A stretch of 64,000 bases of DNA from assembly GCA_965222605.1 (NCBI GenBank), contig OZ244960.1, positions 2,240,001 through 2,304,000 on the forward strand, read 5' to 3'. Below, piece after piece: positions 55,659 through 64,000 of this stretch. The notes under the pieces were generated by a model. The model saw only the letters and a program-made list of their open reading frames with translations, was not told the DNA's origin and searched no databases. The stretch comes from Candidatus Latescibacterota bacterium. GTDB taxonomy: Bacteria; Latescibacterota; UBA2968. A program made the translations under genes and the position numbers. Position 1 is the stretch's first letter; the number at the start of each line of letters is the position of its first letter.

Positions 55659-58523
55659 ATGATCGGGAACTACTTTATTCTACTTTGCTGTGCGGGTATC
55701 ATAACCTCGTGTGCAACAACACAGACAGAAGTTGAAACACCTCAACCACAAGTCCCAGAAACACCTCCGCCACCAGCCCCAAAAATATTACCCATTGATC
55801 CGGCTGTGCGAACGGGCAAACTGGCAAATGGGCTTCGCTACGTCATTCGAGAAAATAAACGACCGGAGAACCGCGCCGAATTGCGCCTCGTAGTCAATGC
55901 GGGATCCATTCTGGAAGATCGAGACCAACAGGGACTGGCGCATTTTGCCGAACACATGGCATTTAATGGCACGGCCAACTTTCCCAAACTGGAAATAATC
56001 AATTTCCTCGAAAGTATTGGCATGCGCTTTGGCGCGCACTTAAATGCCTACACGAGTTTTGACGAGACCGTCTATATGCTTCGCGTGCCCACCGACAGTA
56101 CCGAAGTAATAGAAAAGGCATTTCGCATTTTGGGCGACTGGGCGCATCGGGTAAAATTTGACTCCGAAGAAATCGAAAAAGAAAGAGGCGTGGTCATTGA
56201 AGAATGGCGCTCGGGACGCGGTGCCAGAGCGCGCATGCGCGACAAGCAATTGCCGGTCTTGCTCAAAGACTCGCGTTATGCCGATCGTCTGCCCATCGGT
56301 CAAAAAGCATTGCTCGACACATTTAAGCACGAATCCCTCACGCGTTTTTATCGCGACTGGTATCGCCCCGACCTCATGGCTGTCATTGCAGTAGGAGATT
56401 TTCAAACAGACGCGATTGAAACCCTGATCAAAAAGACCTTTGAACCAATACCAAAAGCAGAGAACTCGCGTGCGCGAACCGCCTATACGGTTCCCGATCA
56501 CGAAGAGACCCTGTTTGCGATCACAACCGATCCAGAAAATTCCCGGTCTTCCATCTCCATTTATTTCATGCAAGAAGTCGCGCCCGAAGGTACAGTAGAA
56601 GACTATCGCAGCACGCTCATTCGCAGCATGTTTAACAGCATGCTCAATCAGCGATTTAGCGAACTGACCAAAGAGCCAGACCCGCCATTTTTGGGCGCGG
56701 GATCCAGCCGAGGGAACCTCGTCAGAACCAAAGCGGCATACATCCTGGGTGCAGCCGTCAAAGAAGGGGGTATTGAACGCGGTCTGGACGCCGTCTTAAC
56801 AGAAGCCATTCGCGTCCAACGCCATGGATTTACACAACCCGAAGTAGATCGCTTAAAAACCAATATGTTGCGCGGCATCGAACAATCTTATCGCGAACGC
56901 GACAGACGCCGTTCGCGCGGTTTCGCATCGGAATACATCCGTCACATTTTGACAGGCGAACCCATTCCGGGCATTGAAATCGAACGCGATTTATTTCAAG
57001 AATTACTCCCGAGTATTCAGGTCGAGGAAATCAACCGCCTCGTCGGCGAATGGATTACCGACAAAAACCGCGTCATCGTAGTCAGCGCGCCCGAGAAGGA
57101 TGGCCTATCTGTACCTTCCGAAGCTGACCTGCTAACCATAATCAACGAGGTACAACAAAAAGACGTGGAACCCTATGTAGAAGATGTATCCGACGACCCC
57201 CTCATCGCGCATATCCCAACGCCGGGAAAGGTCGTGCGCGAAACCACCATCGATACATTTGGCGTCACCGAGTGGACATTGAGCAATGGGGTAAAAGTGG
57301 TCATGAAACCCACGGACTTCAAAAACGATGAAATCTTGTTCACATCCTTCAGCCCGGGCGGTCATTCTCTATCAAGCGATGAAAATTACATGGCGGCATC
57401 CACGGCGACTTCAGCCATAATGGAAAGTGGCCTGGGCAAATTCAATCAAATTGAACTTGGGAAAAAATTGGCCGGCAAGGTCGTGCGCGTATCGCCCCGC
57501 ATCTCAAGCCTCAGCGAGGGCGTATCGGGTAGCGCATCTCCCGAAGATATCGAAACCATGTTCCAACTCATTTATCTCATCTTTACAGAACCGCGTGCAG
57601 ACTCTCTGGCATTTCAAGCACTACTGGACCGCTATCGAGGCTCCTTGCAAAACCGAGATATGAGACCAACCACAGCTTATTACGACACGATTCAAGTTAC
57701 CATGTCTCAATACCACGTCAGATCGCGCCCGCTATCAAACGAAATACTGGGCGAAATGGACCTGCAAAAATCGCTGGCATTTTACAAAGACCGATTTGCC
57801 GATGCCAGTGACTTCACATTTGTATTTGTCGGCAACTTTGAACCAGAAAAAATCAAACCGCTGGTAGAAGTCTATCTCGGTGGATTACCCGCGCTCAACC
57901 GCGGAGAAACCTGGCGCAACACAGGCGTCAAAGCACCAAAAGGCGTCATTGAAAAAACAGTGAGACGGGGGCAAGAACCCAAAAGCCAGACGCGTTTGAT
58001 TTTCACCGGACCTTTTGATTACAACGATCAATTTAAGCGGTATGTCTATGATTCCATAGGCGAAGTCTTGCAGATAAAACTTCGGGAATTACTCCGAGAA
58101 GATGAGGGCGGCACGTACGGCGTTGGCGTGCGCACATCTCTCTCGCGTTGGCCCGAAGGCCGATACAGCATCTCGATCAGCTTTGGATGCGATCCCGAAC
58201 GGTTGGAAGAACTGACGCAACTCGTCTTTGTCCAAATCGATAGCATGAGGCAAAAACCCGTCGATCAATCCTACATCGACAAAGTGACCGAGATGGACCT
58301 GCGGAGTCGGGAGACCAACAAAAAAGAAAACGGTTACTGGCGCAGTACGTTGAGCCGGTATTACCAGAATGAGATGGACTTGATGGCGTGGCTAACGTAT
58401 GAAGACGAAGTCATCAAAAAACTCGCAGCAGAACACGTACAGAAAGCAACACAGCAATATTTCAATATGGAAAACTACGCGCGATTCGTGTTGTTGCCAG
58501 AAGAAGGAATGGCGGAAAAATGA
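55659..58523 (+). CDS. M16-family zinc peptidase (PqqL-like), probable lipoprotein
   Basis: GLAHFAEHMAFNGT (HxxEH), NAYTSFDETVY, ERGVVIEEWR; lipobox-like ITSC. Confidence 0.92.
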   Translation: MIGNYFILLCCAGIITSCATTQTEVETPQPQVPETPPPPAPKILPIDPAVRTGKLANGLRYVIRENKRPENRAELRLVVNAGSILEDRDQQGLAHFAEHMAFNGTANFPKLEIINFLESIGMRFGAHLNAYTSFDETVYMLRVPTDSTEVIEKAFRILGDWAHRVKFDSEEIEKERGVVIEEWRSGRGARARMRDKQLPVLLKDSRYADRLPIGQKALLDTFKHESLTRFYRDWYRPDLMAVIAVGDFQTDAIETLIKKTFEPIPKAENSRARTAYTVPDHEETLFAITTDPENSRSSISIYFMQEVAPEGTVEDYRSTLIRSMFNSMLNQRFSELTKEPDPPFLGAGSSRGNLVRTKAAYILGAAVKEGGIERGLDAVLTEAIRVQRHGFTQPEVDRLKTNMLRGIEQSYRERDRRRSRGFASEYIRHILTGEPIPGIEIERDLFQELLPSIQVEEINRLVGEWITDKNRVIVVSAPEKDGLSVPSEADLLTIINEVQQKDVEPYVEDVSDDPLIAHIPTPGKVVRETTIDTFGVTEWTLSNGVKVVMKPTDFKNDEILFTSFSPGGHSLSSDENYMAASTATSAIMESGLGKFNQIELGKKLAGKVVRVSPRISSLSEGVSGSASPEDIETMFQLIYLIFTEPRADSLAFQALLDRYRGSLQNRDMRPTTAYYDTIQVTMSQYHVRSRPLSNEILGEMDLQKSLAFYKDRFADASDFTFVFVGNFEPEKIKPLVEVYLGGLPALNRGETWRNTGVKAPKGVIEKTVRRGQEPKSQTRLIFTGPFDYNDQFKRYVYDSIGEVLQIKLRELLREDEGGTYGVGVRTSLSRWPEGRYSISISFGCDPERLEELTQLVFVQIDSMRQKPVDQSYIDKVTEMDLRSRETNKKENGYWRSTLSRYYQNEMDLMAWLTYEDEVIKKLAAEHVQKATQQYFNMENYARFVLLPEEGMAEK

Positions 58524-59227
58524 CCATAGATGCTGACATGAACCGCTTAAAAAACGCCACCTATCCCGGTCGGGGTATAGTAATAGGACAAACCCCGGAT
58601 AGCGCGCATATCGTTCAAATCTACTGGATCATGGGACGCAGCCCGAGCAGTCGCAACCGCGTATTTGTGCGAAAAGGCGATGCAGTTAAAACCGACACCG
58701 TGGATAAATCGCAGGATGTAGATCCACTAACCCTGTACTATCCCATCAAAGTATTGGGCAACGCACATATTGTCACAAACGGCGATCAGACCGACACAAT
58801 TATCCATGCCCTGCAAAATGGCGGCTCGTTCGAATCCGCCCTGAAAACGCGCACTTATGAACCCGACGCCCCCAATTTTACACCGCGTATCTCTGGCCTT
58901 GTCGATTTGGGCGATTCCTGGGCCTATAGACTATCAATATTGAAAACCGTTGGCGGCGATGCGCGCTATTGTTCGCGCCAATTTTTCGACTATGAAACCG
59001 CGATCCCCGGCACGGGCCACTGTATCACAACATACATAGACGACGGCAACCCCTTGCCCTCATTCAAAGGAGAACCTTATGCCGTCGAATTATTCGACGA
59101 CATACAACAAACCGCCGATGTATTTTGGAACCTGTTAGATGCGGACAATCGCATCTCACTACTCGTAAAATTCATCCATCCCGAGACCTCTGATCTGGTA
59201 ATCGTGAACAAATACGGATCAGGATGA
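58520..59227 (+). CDS. IMP cyclohydrolase-like protein (PurO-type fold)
   Basis: YPGRGIVIG, YWIMGRS.SSRNR, VTNGDQTD, YEPDAPNFTPRISG. Confidence 0.82.
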   Translation: MTIDADMNRLKNATYPGRGIVIGQTPDSAHIVQIYWIMGRSPSSRNRVFVRKGDAVKTDTVDKSQDVDPLTLYYPIKVLGNAHIVTNGDQTDTIIHALQNGGSFESALKTRTYEPDAPNFTPRISGLVDLGDSWAYRLSILKTVGGDARYCSRQFFDYETAIPGTGHCITTYIDDGNPLPSFKGEPYAVELFDDIQQTADVFWNLLDADNRISLLVKFIHPETSDLVIVNKYGSG

Positions 59228-59253
59228 AAGGATGAAAGGATTTTCAGGATTAA
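59220..59253 (+). repeat. Short imperfect tandem repeat (AGGATGAA / AGGATTTTC units)
   Basis: CAGGATGAAAGGATGAAAGGATTTTCAGGATTAA. Confidence 0.5.
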
Positions 59254-59318
59254 AACCCGTAGGATCGCTGATGTCTCAGAGGGCATGACGATTCAGAAAG
59301 ACGACAAGGAGCATCTCT

Positions 59319-60416
59319 ATGGAGCCAATCAAATACGGTATGTTCATCATGCCCTTCCACGCCGCGGACAAGCCATTGGGTCAGGGATTTGACGAGGATT
59401 TGGAACTCGTTGTCAAAGCCGAGGAACTGGGCTTTGATGAATTTTGGATCGGCGAGCACCATACCATGAAATACGAAACCATTGTCGTGCCCGAAATTTT
59501 CATCGGTCGCGCCCTCGGCGAGACCCAGCGCATCCGCCTGGGGCCGGCACCGGTCTGTTTGAACCTGCACCACCCTGCCTATGTGGCCAGTCGTCTGGCT
59601 TTTTTGGATCATTTGGCCGGTGGCCGACTCAATCTGTGCTTTGGGCCCGGCAGTGTCACGTCAGACCAGGAACTGTACGGGCTGGATCCCAGGGCGGGTG
59701 GCGCAATGACTGAGGAAGCTATTGACGCCATCCTCAATTTGTGGACTTCGGATCCACCCTACGAGCACCGGGGAAAATACTGGCAATTTCAGCTCAAAGA
59801 CAATATTGACGAAGAGACACTAATCGGTTTCATCCACAAACCCCTGCAACAGCCCCACCCGCCCATCGCTATGCCGGGGATGAGCCGCAATTCACACAGC
59901 ATGCAAATAGCGGGCGAGCGAGGCTTCCAGCCCTTTTCCGCCTGCCTGGTGTCGGGCAATGTGGTGGCCGACAACTGGCAGATCTATGAGCAAAGTGCCC
60001 TGCAGGCGGGACGACAACCGCAGCGGACCGACTGGAAAATCGCCCGTTCAATCTTTCTGGCCGACACCACAGCCGAGGCCGTAAAAAAGGCGCGGAACAA
60101 TTCCCTGGCAAAAAATTACGAGTACATCGGGCGTTTATTCGACAAGGGCCTGGGGCGCCGCGTGTACAAGCGCGATCTGGACATGCCCGACTCCGAGTGC
60201 AATTTGGACTATTTGATGACCGAACAGATTATCGCTGGCGACGTCGATGAAGCATTGCGTCGCTTGCTTGCTCTAATCGAGGAAACCGGTCCCTTTGGTA
60301 CTCTGGTACTGATGGGCTACGACTGGGACGACAAAGATAGTTGGGTGTACAGCATGGAATTGTTCGCCCGTGAATTAATGCCGGCTTTGAACAAGGCAGT
60401 GGGCGCGGTAACGTAG
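59319..60416 (+). CDS. LLM-class flavin-dependent oxidoreductase
   Basis: GMFIMPFH, AEELGFDEFWIGEHH, RLAFLDHL..GRL, PLQQPHPPI. Confidence 0.9.
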   Translation: MEPIKYGMFIMPFHAADKPLGQGFDEDLELVVKAEELGFDEFWIGEHHTMKYETIVVPEIFIGRALGETQRIRLGPAPVCLNLHHPAYVASRLAFLDHLAGGRLNLCFGPGSVTSDQELYGLDPRAGGAMTEEAIDAILNLWTSDPPYEHRGKYWQFQLKDNIDEETLIGFIHKPLQQPHPPIAMPGMSRNSHSMQIAGERGFQPFSACLVSGNVVADNWQIYEQSALQAGRQPQRTDWKIARSIFLADTTAEAVKKARNNSLAKNYEYIGRLFDKGLGRRVYKRDLDMPDSECNLDYLMTEQIIAGDVDEALRRLLALIEETGPFGTLVLMGYDWDDKDSWVYSMELFARELMPALNKAVGAVT

Positions 60417-60426
60417 AGAATAAAAA

Positions 60427-61134
60427 ATGACAATTAAAGCATTGACATTTGATGTATTCGGCACAGTAGTCGATTGGCGCAGTTCTGTCATCCGCGACGG
60501 CAAGCGTCTGGGCGAGCGCATGGGATTGGACATAGATTGGGCCGCGTTTGCCGATGCGTGGCGCGGGGGCTATGGCCCGTCAATGAACCGCGTGCGCACA
60601 GGCGACTTGCCCTGGACAAAAATCGACGACTTGCACCGCATGATCCTGAATGAACTACTGGAAAAGTTCGGCATATCGGGATTATCCGAAGAAGAAATCG
60701 AGGACTTCAATCGCGTCTGGCATCGCCTCGACCCCTGGCCCGATGCCCCAGGTGGCTTATGGCGATTAAAATCGCGGTACCTGATCGCCACACTCTCCAA
60801 CGGCAATGTATCGCTACTCGCCAACATGGCAAAATACGGCGGACTGCCCTGGGATTGTATCTTATCCGCCGAATTGGCCGGGCATTACAAACCCGATGCC
60901 GAGACCTATTTGAAAGCCATCGAATTGCTCAGTTGTGAACCCCGGGAAGTTATGATGGTCGCAGCCCATCAAGGCGACTTGCACCATGCAGCGCGTGTCG
61001 GCATGAAAACGGCATTCGTATTTCGACCCTTCGAGCGGGGACCCAACGCAAAAAAAGATCTACCTCCCGATTTAGACTTCGACATCATAGCACATGATTT
61101 TCACGACCTCGCCGATCAACTGGGGTGTTTTTAA
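60427..61134 (+). CDS. Haloacid dehalogenase type II
   Basis: FDVFGTVVDW, TLSNG, YKPD, MMVAAH..DL. Confidence 0.9.
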   Translation: MTIKALTFDVFGTVVDWRSSVIRDGKRLGERMGLDIDWAAFADAWRGGYGPSMNRVRTGDLPWTKIDDLHRMILNELLEKFGISGLSEEEIEDFNRVWHRLDPWPDAPGGLWRLKSRYLIATLSNGNVSLLANMAKYGGLPWDCILSAELAGHYKPDAETYLKAIELLSCEPREVMMVAAHQGDLHHAARVGMKTAFVFRPFERGPNAKKDLPPDLDFDIIAHDFHDLADQLGCF

Positions 61135-61139
61135 AAAAC

Positions 61140-61874
61140 ATGAAACTCACTGATTTCAAAGTCCTGACATTCGATTGCTATGGCACGCTTATCGATTGGG
61201 AATCCGGGATGATAAAAGGGCTTGAGCCGCTTCTATCAAAGGTCGAACGAGAATTGTCGCGCAATGAAATTCTTCAAGCGCACGCGCGACACGAATCAAC
61301 GCAACAAACCTGGACGCCGGGCATGCGCTATTCCAGGATCCTCGCCATCGTATATAAACGCCTCGCTGAAGAATGGGGCGTCGCCGTCACGCCTGATGAG
61401 TGCGCCGCATACGGTCAATCAATAAAACAATGGCCGGCGTTTTCCGATTCCGCCGATGCGCTACAATATCTTAAAAAACACTATAGGCTCGTGATCCTAT
61501 CAAACGTCGATAACGACAGCTTTAAATGCAGCAATGACCGTCTTGGTGTTGAGTTTGACGCAATATATACGGCTGAAGACATTGGATCGTACAAACCTGC
61601 GGATCGAAACTTCAAATACATGCTGGAACACCTGCAGTCGCTCGGCATTGAAAAATCGGAAATTTTACATACCGCAGAAAGCTTATTCCACGATCATGTT
61701 CCGGCAAACAAAAACGGACTTGCCTCCTGCTGGATCTACAGACGCTCCAATGATGAAGGCTTCGGCGCGACGATAGATCCAGGCGAAATGCCAAACTATA
61801 ATTTTCAATTTAATAGCATGGCCGATCTCGTAAAGGCGCACCAGGAGGCTTTTTCTCACGGAGACATACCATGA
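61140..61874 (+). CDS. Haloacid dehalogenase type II
   Basis: FDCYGTLIDWE, ILSNVD, SYKP, LHTAESLFHDH.PA. Confidence 0.9.
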   Translation: MKLTDFKVLTFDCYGTLIDWESGMIKGLEPLLSKVERELSRNEILQAHARHESTQQTWTPGMRYSRILAIVYKRLAEEWGVAVTPDECAAYGQSIKQWPAFSDSADALQYLKKHYRLVILSNVDNDSFKCSNDRLGVEFDAIYTAEDIGSYKPADRNFKYMLEHLQSLGIEKSEILHTAESLFHDHVPANKNGLASCWIYRRSNDEGFGATIDPGEMPNYNFQFNSMADLVKAHQEAFSHGDIP

Positions 61875-63142
61875 TCCAAAGCGGCGTTGTAAGTGGAGAC
61901 ATCACGCCAGAACCTGGCCCTGTGCTTCAGGGGCATTGGAACACCAACCCATCGCATTCCGTACTATATCCCCTGGAAGTGCGGGCGGTTGTATTTGCCG
62001 ACGGAGACATGCGAATAGCCATCGCCACACTCGACGTCATCGGCATAACCAAAGCCACCACCGACCGAATCCGATCGCAGGTAGCAAATATCATTCCGGG
62101 AGACGGCGTAATGGTCGCGTGCAGCCACACGCACTGCGCGCCCGCCACACTGCCGTGTTTGGGCATGACTCCCGATCCCGAATTTATGGATCGCATTGTC
62201 GAAACCACCGCCGCGTGCATAGCCGAAGCAGCCGCAAATCTCCAGCCCGTAACCCTTGGCCTGGGATGCGGATCCGCGCATTTTAACATCAACCGCCGCC
62301 CACTGCCCGGAGCCTCGAGCAGGACCTTGAACTACGGCGGCATTGTAGATCGCCGCGTGCGGGTCTTACAAATAACAGGAGAAAACGGCACACCCCTCGC
62401 CGCATTATTCCACTACTCCTGTCACCCGACCACATTGAGCGGCTCCAACGGCATCATCTCGCCCGATTACCCGGGCATTGCCCGCAGCCGAATAGAACAA
62501 ACCCCCGGTTGCAAAGCACTCTTTTTACCCGGATGCTTTGGCAATATCCGTCCCGCAATATTGAACAAAACCGGGGGATTTGCATCCGCGACCAGAGAAC
62601 AATTGGACGCGTGTGGTCACGAACTCGGCGATGAGGTATGCCGCGTAGCTACAGGACTGAACACCCAACGCGCAGAAGGCATATCTGCCCGCCGCACCGA
62701 CATCGCAATACCATTCGGCGACCTGATGCCCAAAGAAAAATTAAAAAAGATGGCAGCAGACGAAAGCGAACGCGGACAATTATTGACAGGCCCCTGGGCA
62801 AAACAGGTACTGGAAATGGCTGCATCAGACACCATCCCATTCGAAAAACCCACCGAAATGCAACTATTACAGGTAGGACCACTAACGCTGGTCACCATAC
62901 CGGGCGAACCAGTACAGGAAATTGGGCATGCAATAGAAAAAAGGCTGCGGAATATCAGCGCGGACCTGTGGCCCGTGGGCTATGCCAATGACGAGGTGGG
63001 ATATTTGTGTACAGAACGACAATACGAAGAAGGCGGTTACGAACCCAATGCCTATCCGTATTACGGAGAACCCGCGCCATTTCAGGGCGAAGAAAATATC
63101 ATCCTGCAAACAGCAGATGCTTTAGTACGGAGACAAAAATGA
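61871..63142 (+). CDS. Neutral/alkaline ceramidase-like hydrolase
   Basis: DITP, CSHTHCAP, FNINRR, HYSCHPT, ISPDYPG, IPGEP, GYAN..GY, GGYE. Confidence 0.72.
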   Translation: MIQSGVVSGDITPEPGPVLQGHWNTNPSHSVLYPLEVRAVVFADGDMRIAIATLDVIGITKATTDRIRSQVANIIPGDGVMVACSHTHCAPATLPCLGMTPDPEFMDRIVETTAACIAEAAANLQPVTLGLGCGSAHFNINRRPLPGASSRTLNYGGIVDRRVRVLQITGENGTPLAALFHYSCHPTTLSGSNGIISPDYPGIARSRIEQTPGCKALFLPGCFGNIRPAILNKTGGFASATREQLDACGHELGDEVCRVATGLNTQRAEGISARRTDIAIPFGDLMPKEKLKKMAADESERGQLLTGPWAKQVLEMAASDTIPFEKPTEMQLLQVGPLTLVTIPGEPVQEIGHAIEKRLRNISADLWPVGYANDEVGYLCTERQYEEGGYEPNAYPYYGEPAPFQGEENIILQTADALVRRQK

Positions 63143-64000
63143 GACAAATTGATGTACCTTATGGCCGAGGAGCCGTATCTGTCCAAACCGATCCCAAACT
63201 GGCGCACTGGGATGTAATTCGCCCCTCATTTGAACCTGCACTTGAAGACCCCAAACGGCTATTTCACGAAGCCGTGCGCGATCCCATCGGAACAAAACCT
63301 CTCAAAGAAATTGTCACGCCCTCCGACCGCGTGGTAATCGCAACATCCGACGGCACTCGCCCTGTGCCCAACAAACAACTGATCCCCTATCTGCTCGAAG
63401 AATTGCCCGTATCCCCCGATCGCGTAACCGTATTGATCGGCACGGGCACGCACAGGCCAAATACAGAACGCGAAATTATCGAAATGTTTGGCGAAGATCT
63501 GGTTCGCCGCGTTCGCATAGTCAATCACGATGCCTTTAACGAAACGCAAAACGAACAGGTAGGCAAAACTGCGAATGGGACAAAGGTATTTTTGAACCAG
63601 GAATACATCAATGCAGACATACGCATCGCCCTCGGATTTATCGAACCCCACTTCTTTGCGGGTTTTTCAGGCGGACCAAAAGCCGTCGCGCCCGGTGTGG
63701 CGGGTATTGAAACCATTTTCCGACTACATCGCGCCGAACTGATCGCCGACCCAAATAGCACCTGGGGCGTACTTCATGAAAATCCACTACACCGGGAGAT
63801 TCGCGAATGCGTCGCCCTATATCCGCCGGATTTTTTGCTCAACGTGACACTCAATGCGGAAAAGAAAATTTCGGGATATTACGCTGGCGACCTCTCCACA
63901 GCCCATGCAAAGGGATGTGCCGATGTAAAAGCCTCGGCAATGGTACCCGTCGAAACACCCTTCCCGCTGGTCGTAACATCCAATAGCGGCTTTCCCCTGG
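63139..64000 (+). CDS. larA: Nickel-pincer-dependent lactate racemase (LarA) family protein, truncated by window end
   Basis: Manual translation from ATG 63139: MRQIDVPYG..SDGTRPVPN..IGTGTHR..VNHDA..FIEPHFFAGFSGGPKAVAPG; absent from the ORF track. Confidence 0.88.
   Translation, partial: MRQIDVPYGRGAVSVQTDPKLAHWDVIRPSFEPALEDPKRLFHEAVRDPIGTKPLKEIVTPSDRVVIATSDGTRPVPNKQLIPYLLEELPVSPDRVTVLIGTGTHRPNTEREIIEMFGEDLVRRVRIVNHDAFNETQNEQVGKTANGTKVFLNQEYINADIRIALGFIEPHFFAGFSGGPKAVAPGVAGIETIFRLHRAELIADPNSTWGVLHENPLHREIRECVALYPPDFLLNVTLNAEKKISGYYAGDLSTAHAKGCADVKASAMVPVETPFPLVVTSNSGFPL

Noticed and set aside
54291-59227. proA without proB, and a PurO-like cyclohydrolase in a bacterium
   Set aside because: Both situations are known in many bacteria; ordinary housekeeping context.
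1-64000. CRISPR array, tRNA/rRNA, integron attC array, integrase or transposase
   Set aside because: No regularly spaced repeats, RNA gene signatures or recombinase motifs were seen. The repeats found are copies of gene ends, not a common att site.

Overview
Bacterial, gene-dense accessory/catabolic region. Its gene content (GWxTD-TPR proteins, dockerin/EF-hand-like secreted proteins, many PhyH dioxygenases and sulfatases, PorV/PorQ) suggests an FCB-related uncultured lineage such as Latescibacterota/Gemmatimonadota; this is inference only. Positions 2626-48712 form one ~46 kb minus-strand array. Its core is an outer-membrane cassette: small beta-barrel, TonB-dependent receptor, FN3 protein with a T9SS-like C-terminal domain, and a PorV/PorQ barrel. 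The cassette has no SusD and is flanked by paralogous ~665 aa polytopic membrane proteins (DUF6785-like, three copies in the window). Around it are signal-peptide-less sulfatases, GH-like TIM barrels, a heparinase II/III-like protein, four PhyH dioxygenases, an AcnX pair and amidohydrolases. A candidate cis-antisense small RNA with its own promoter and terminator lies in the leader of the cassette. Four intergenic 'ghost' copies of gene ends show duplication plus deletion, two of them with visible microhomology junctions; one is an in-frame 50-aa mini-sulfatase. Positions 48904-64000 are plus-strand metabolic genes (mmsA, HEPN/MNT, proA, M16 peptidase, PurO-like, LLM, two HAD dehalogenases, partial larA). 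No rRNA, tRNA, CRISPR array, integrase or transposase was recognised.
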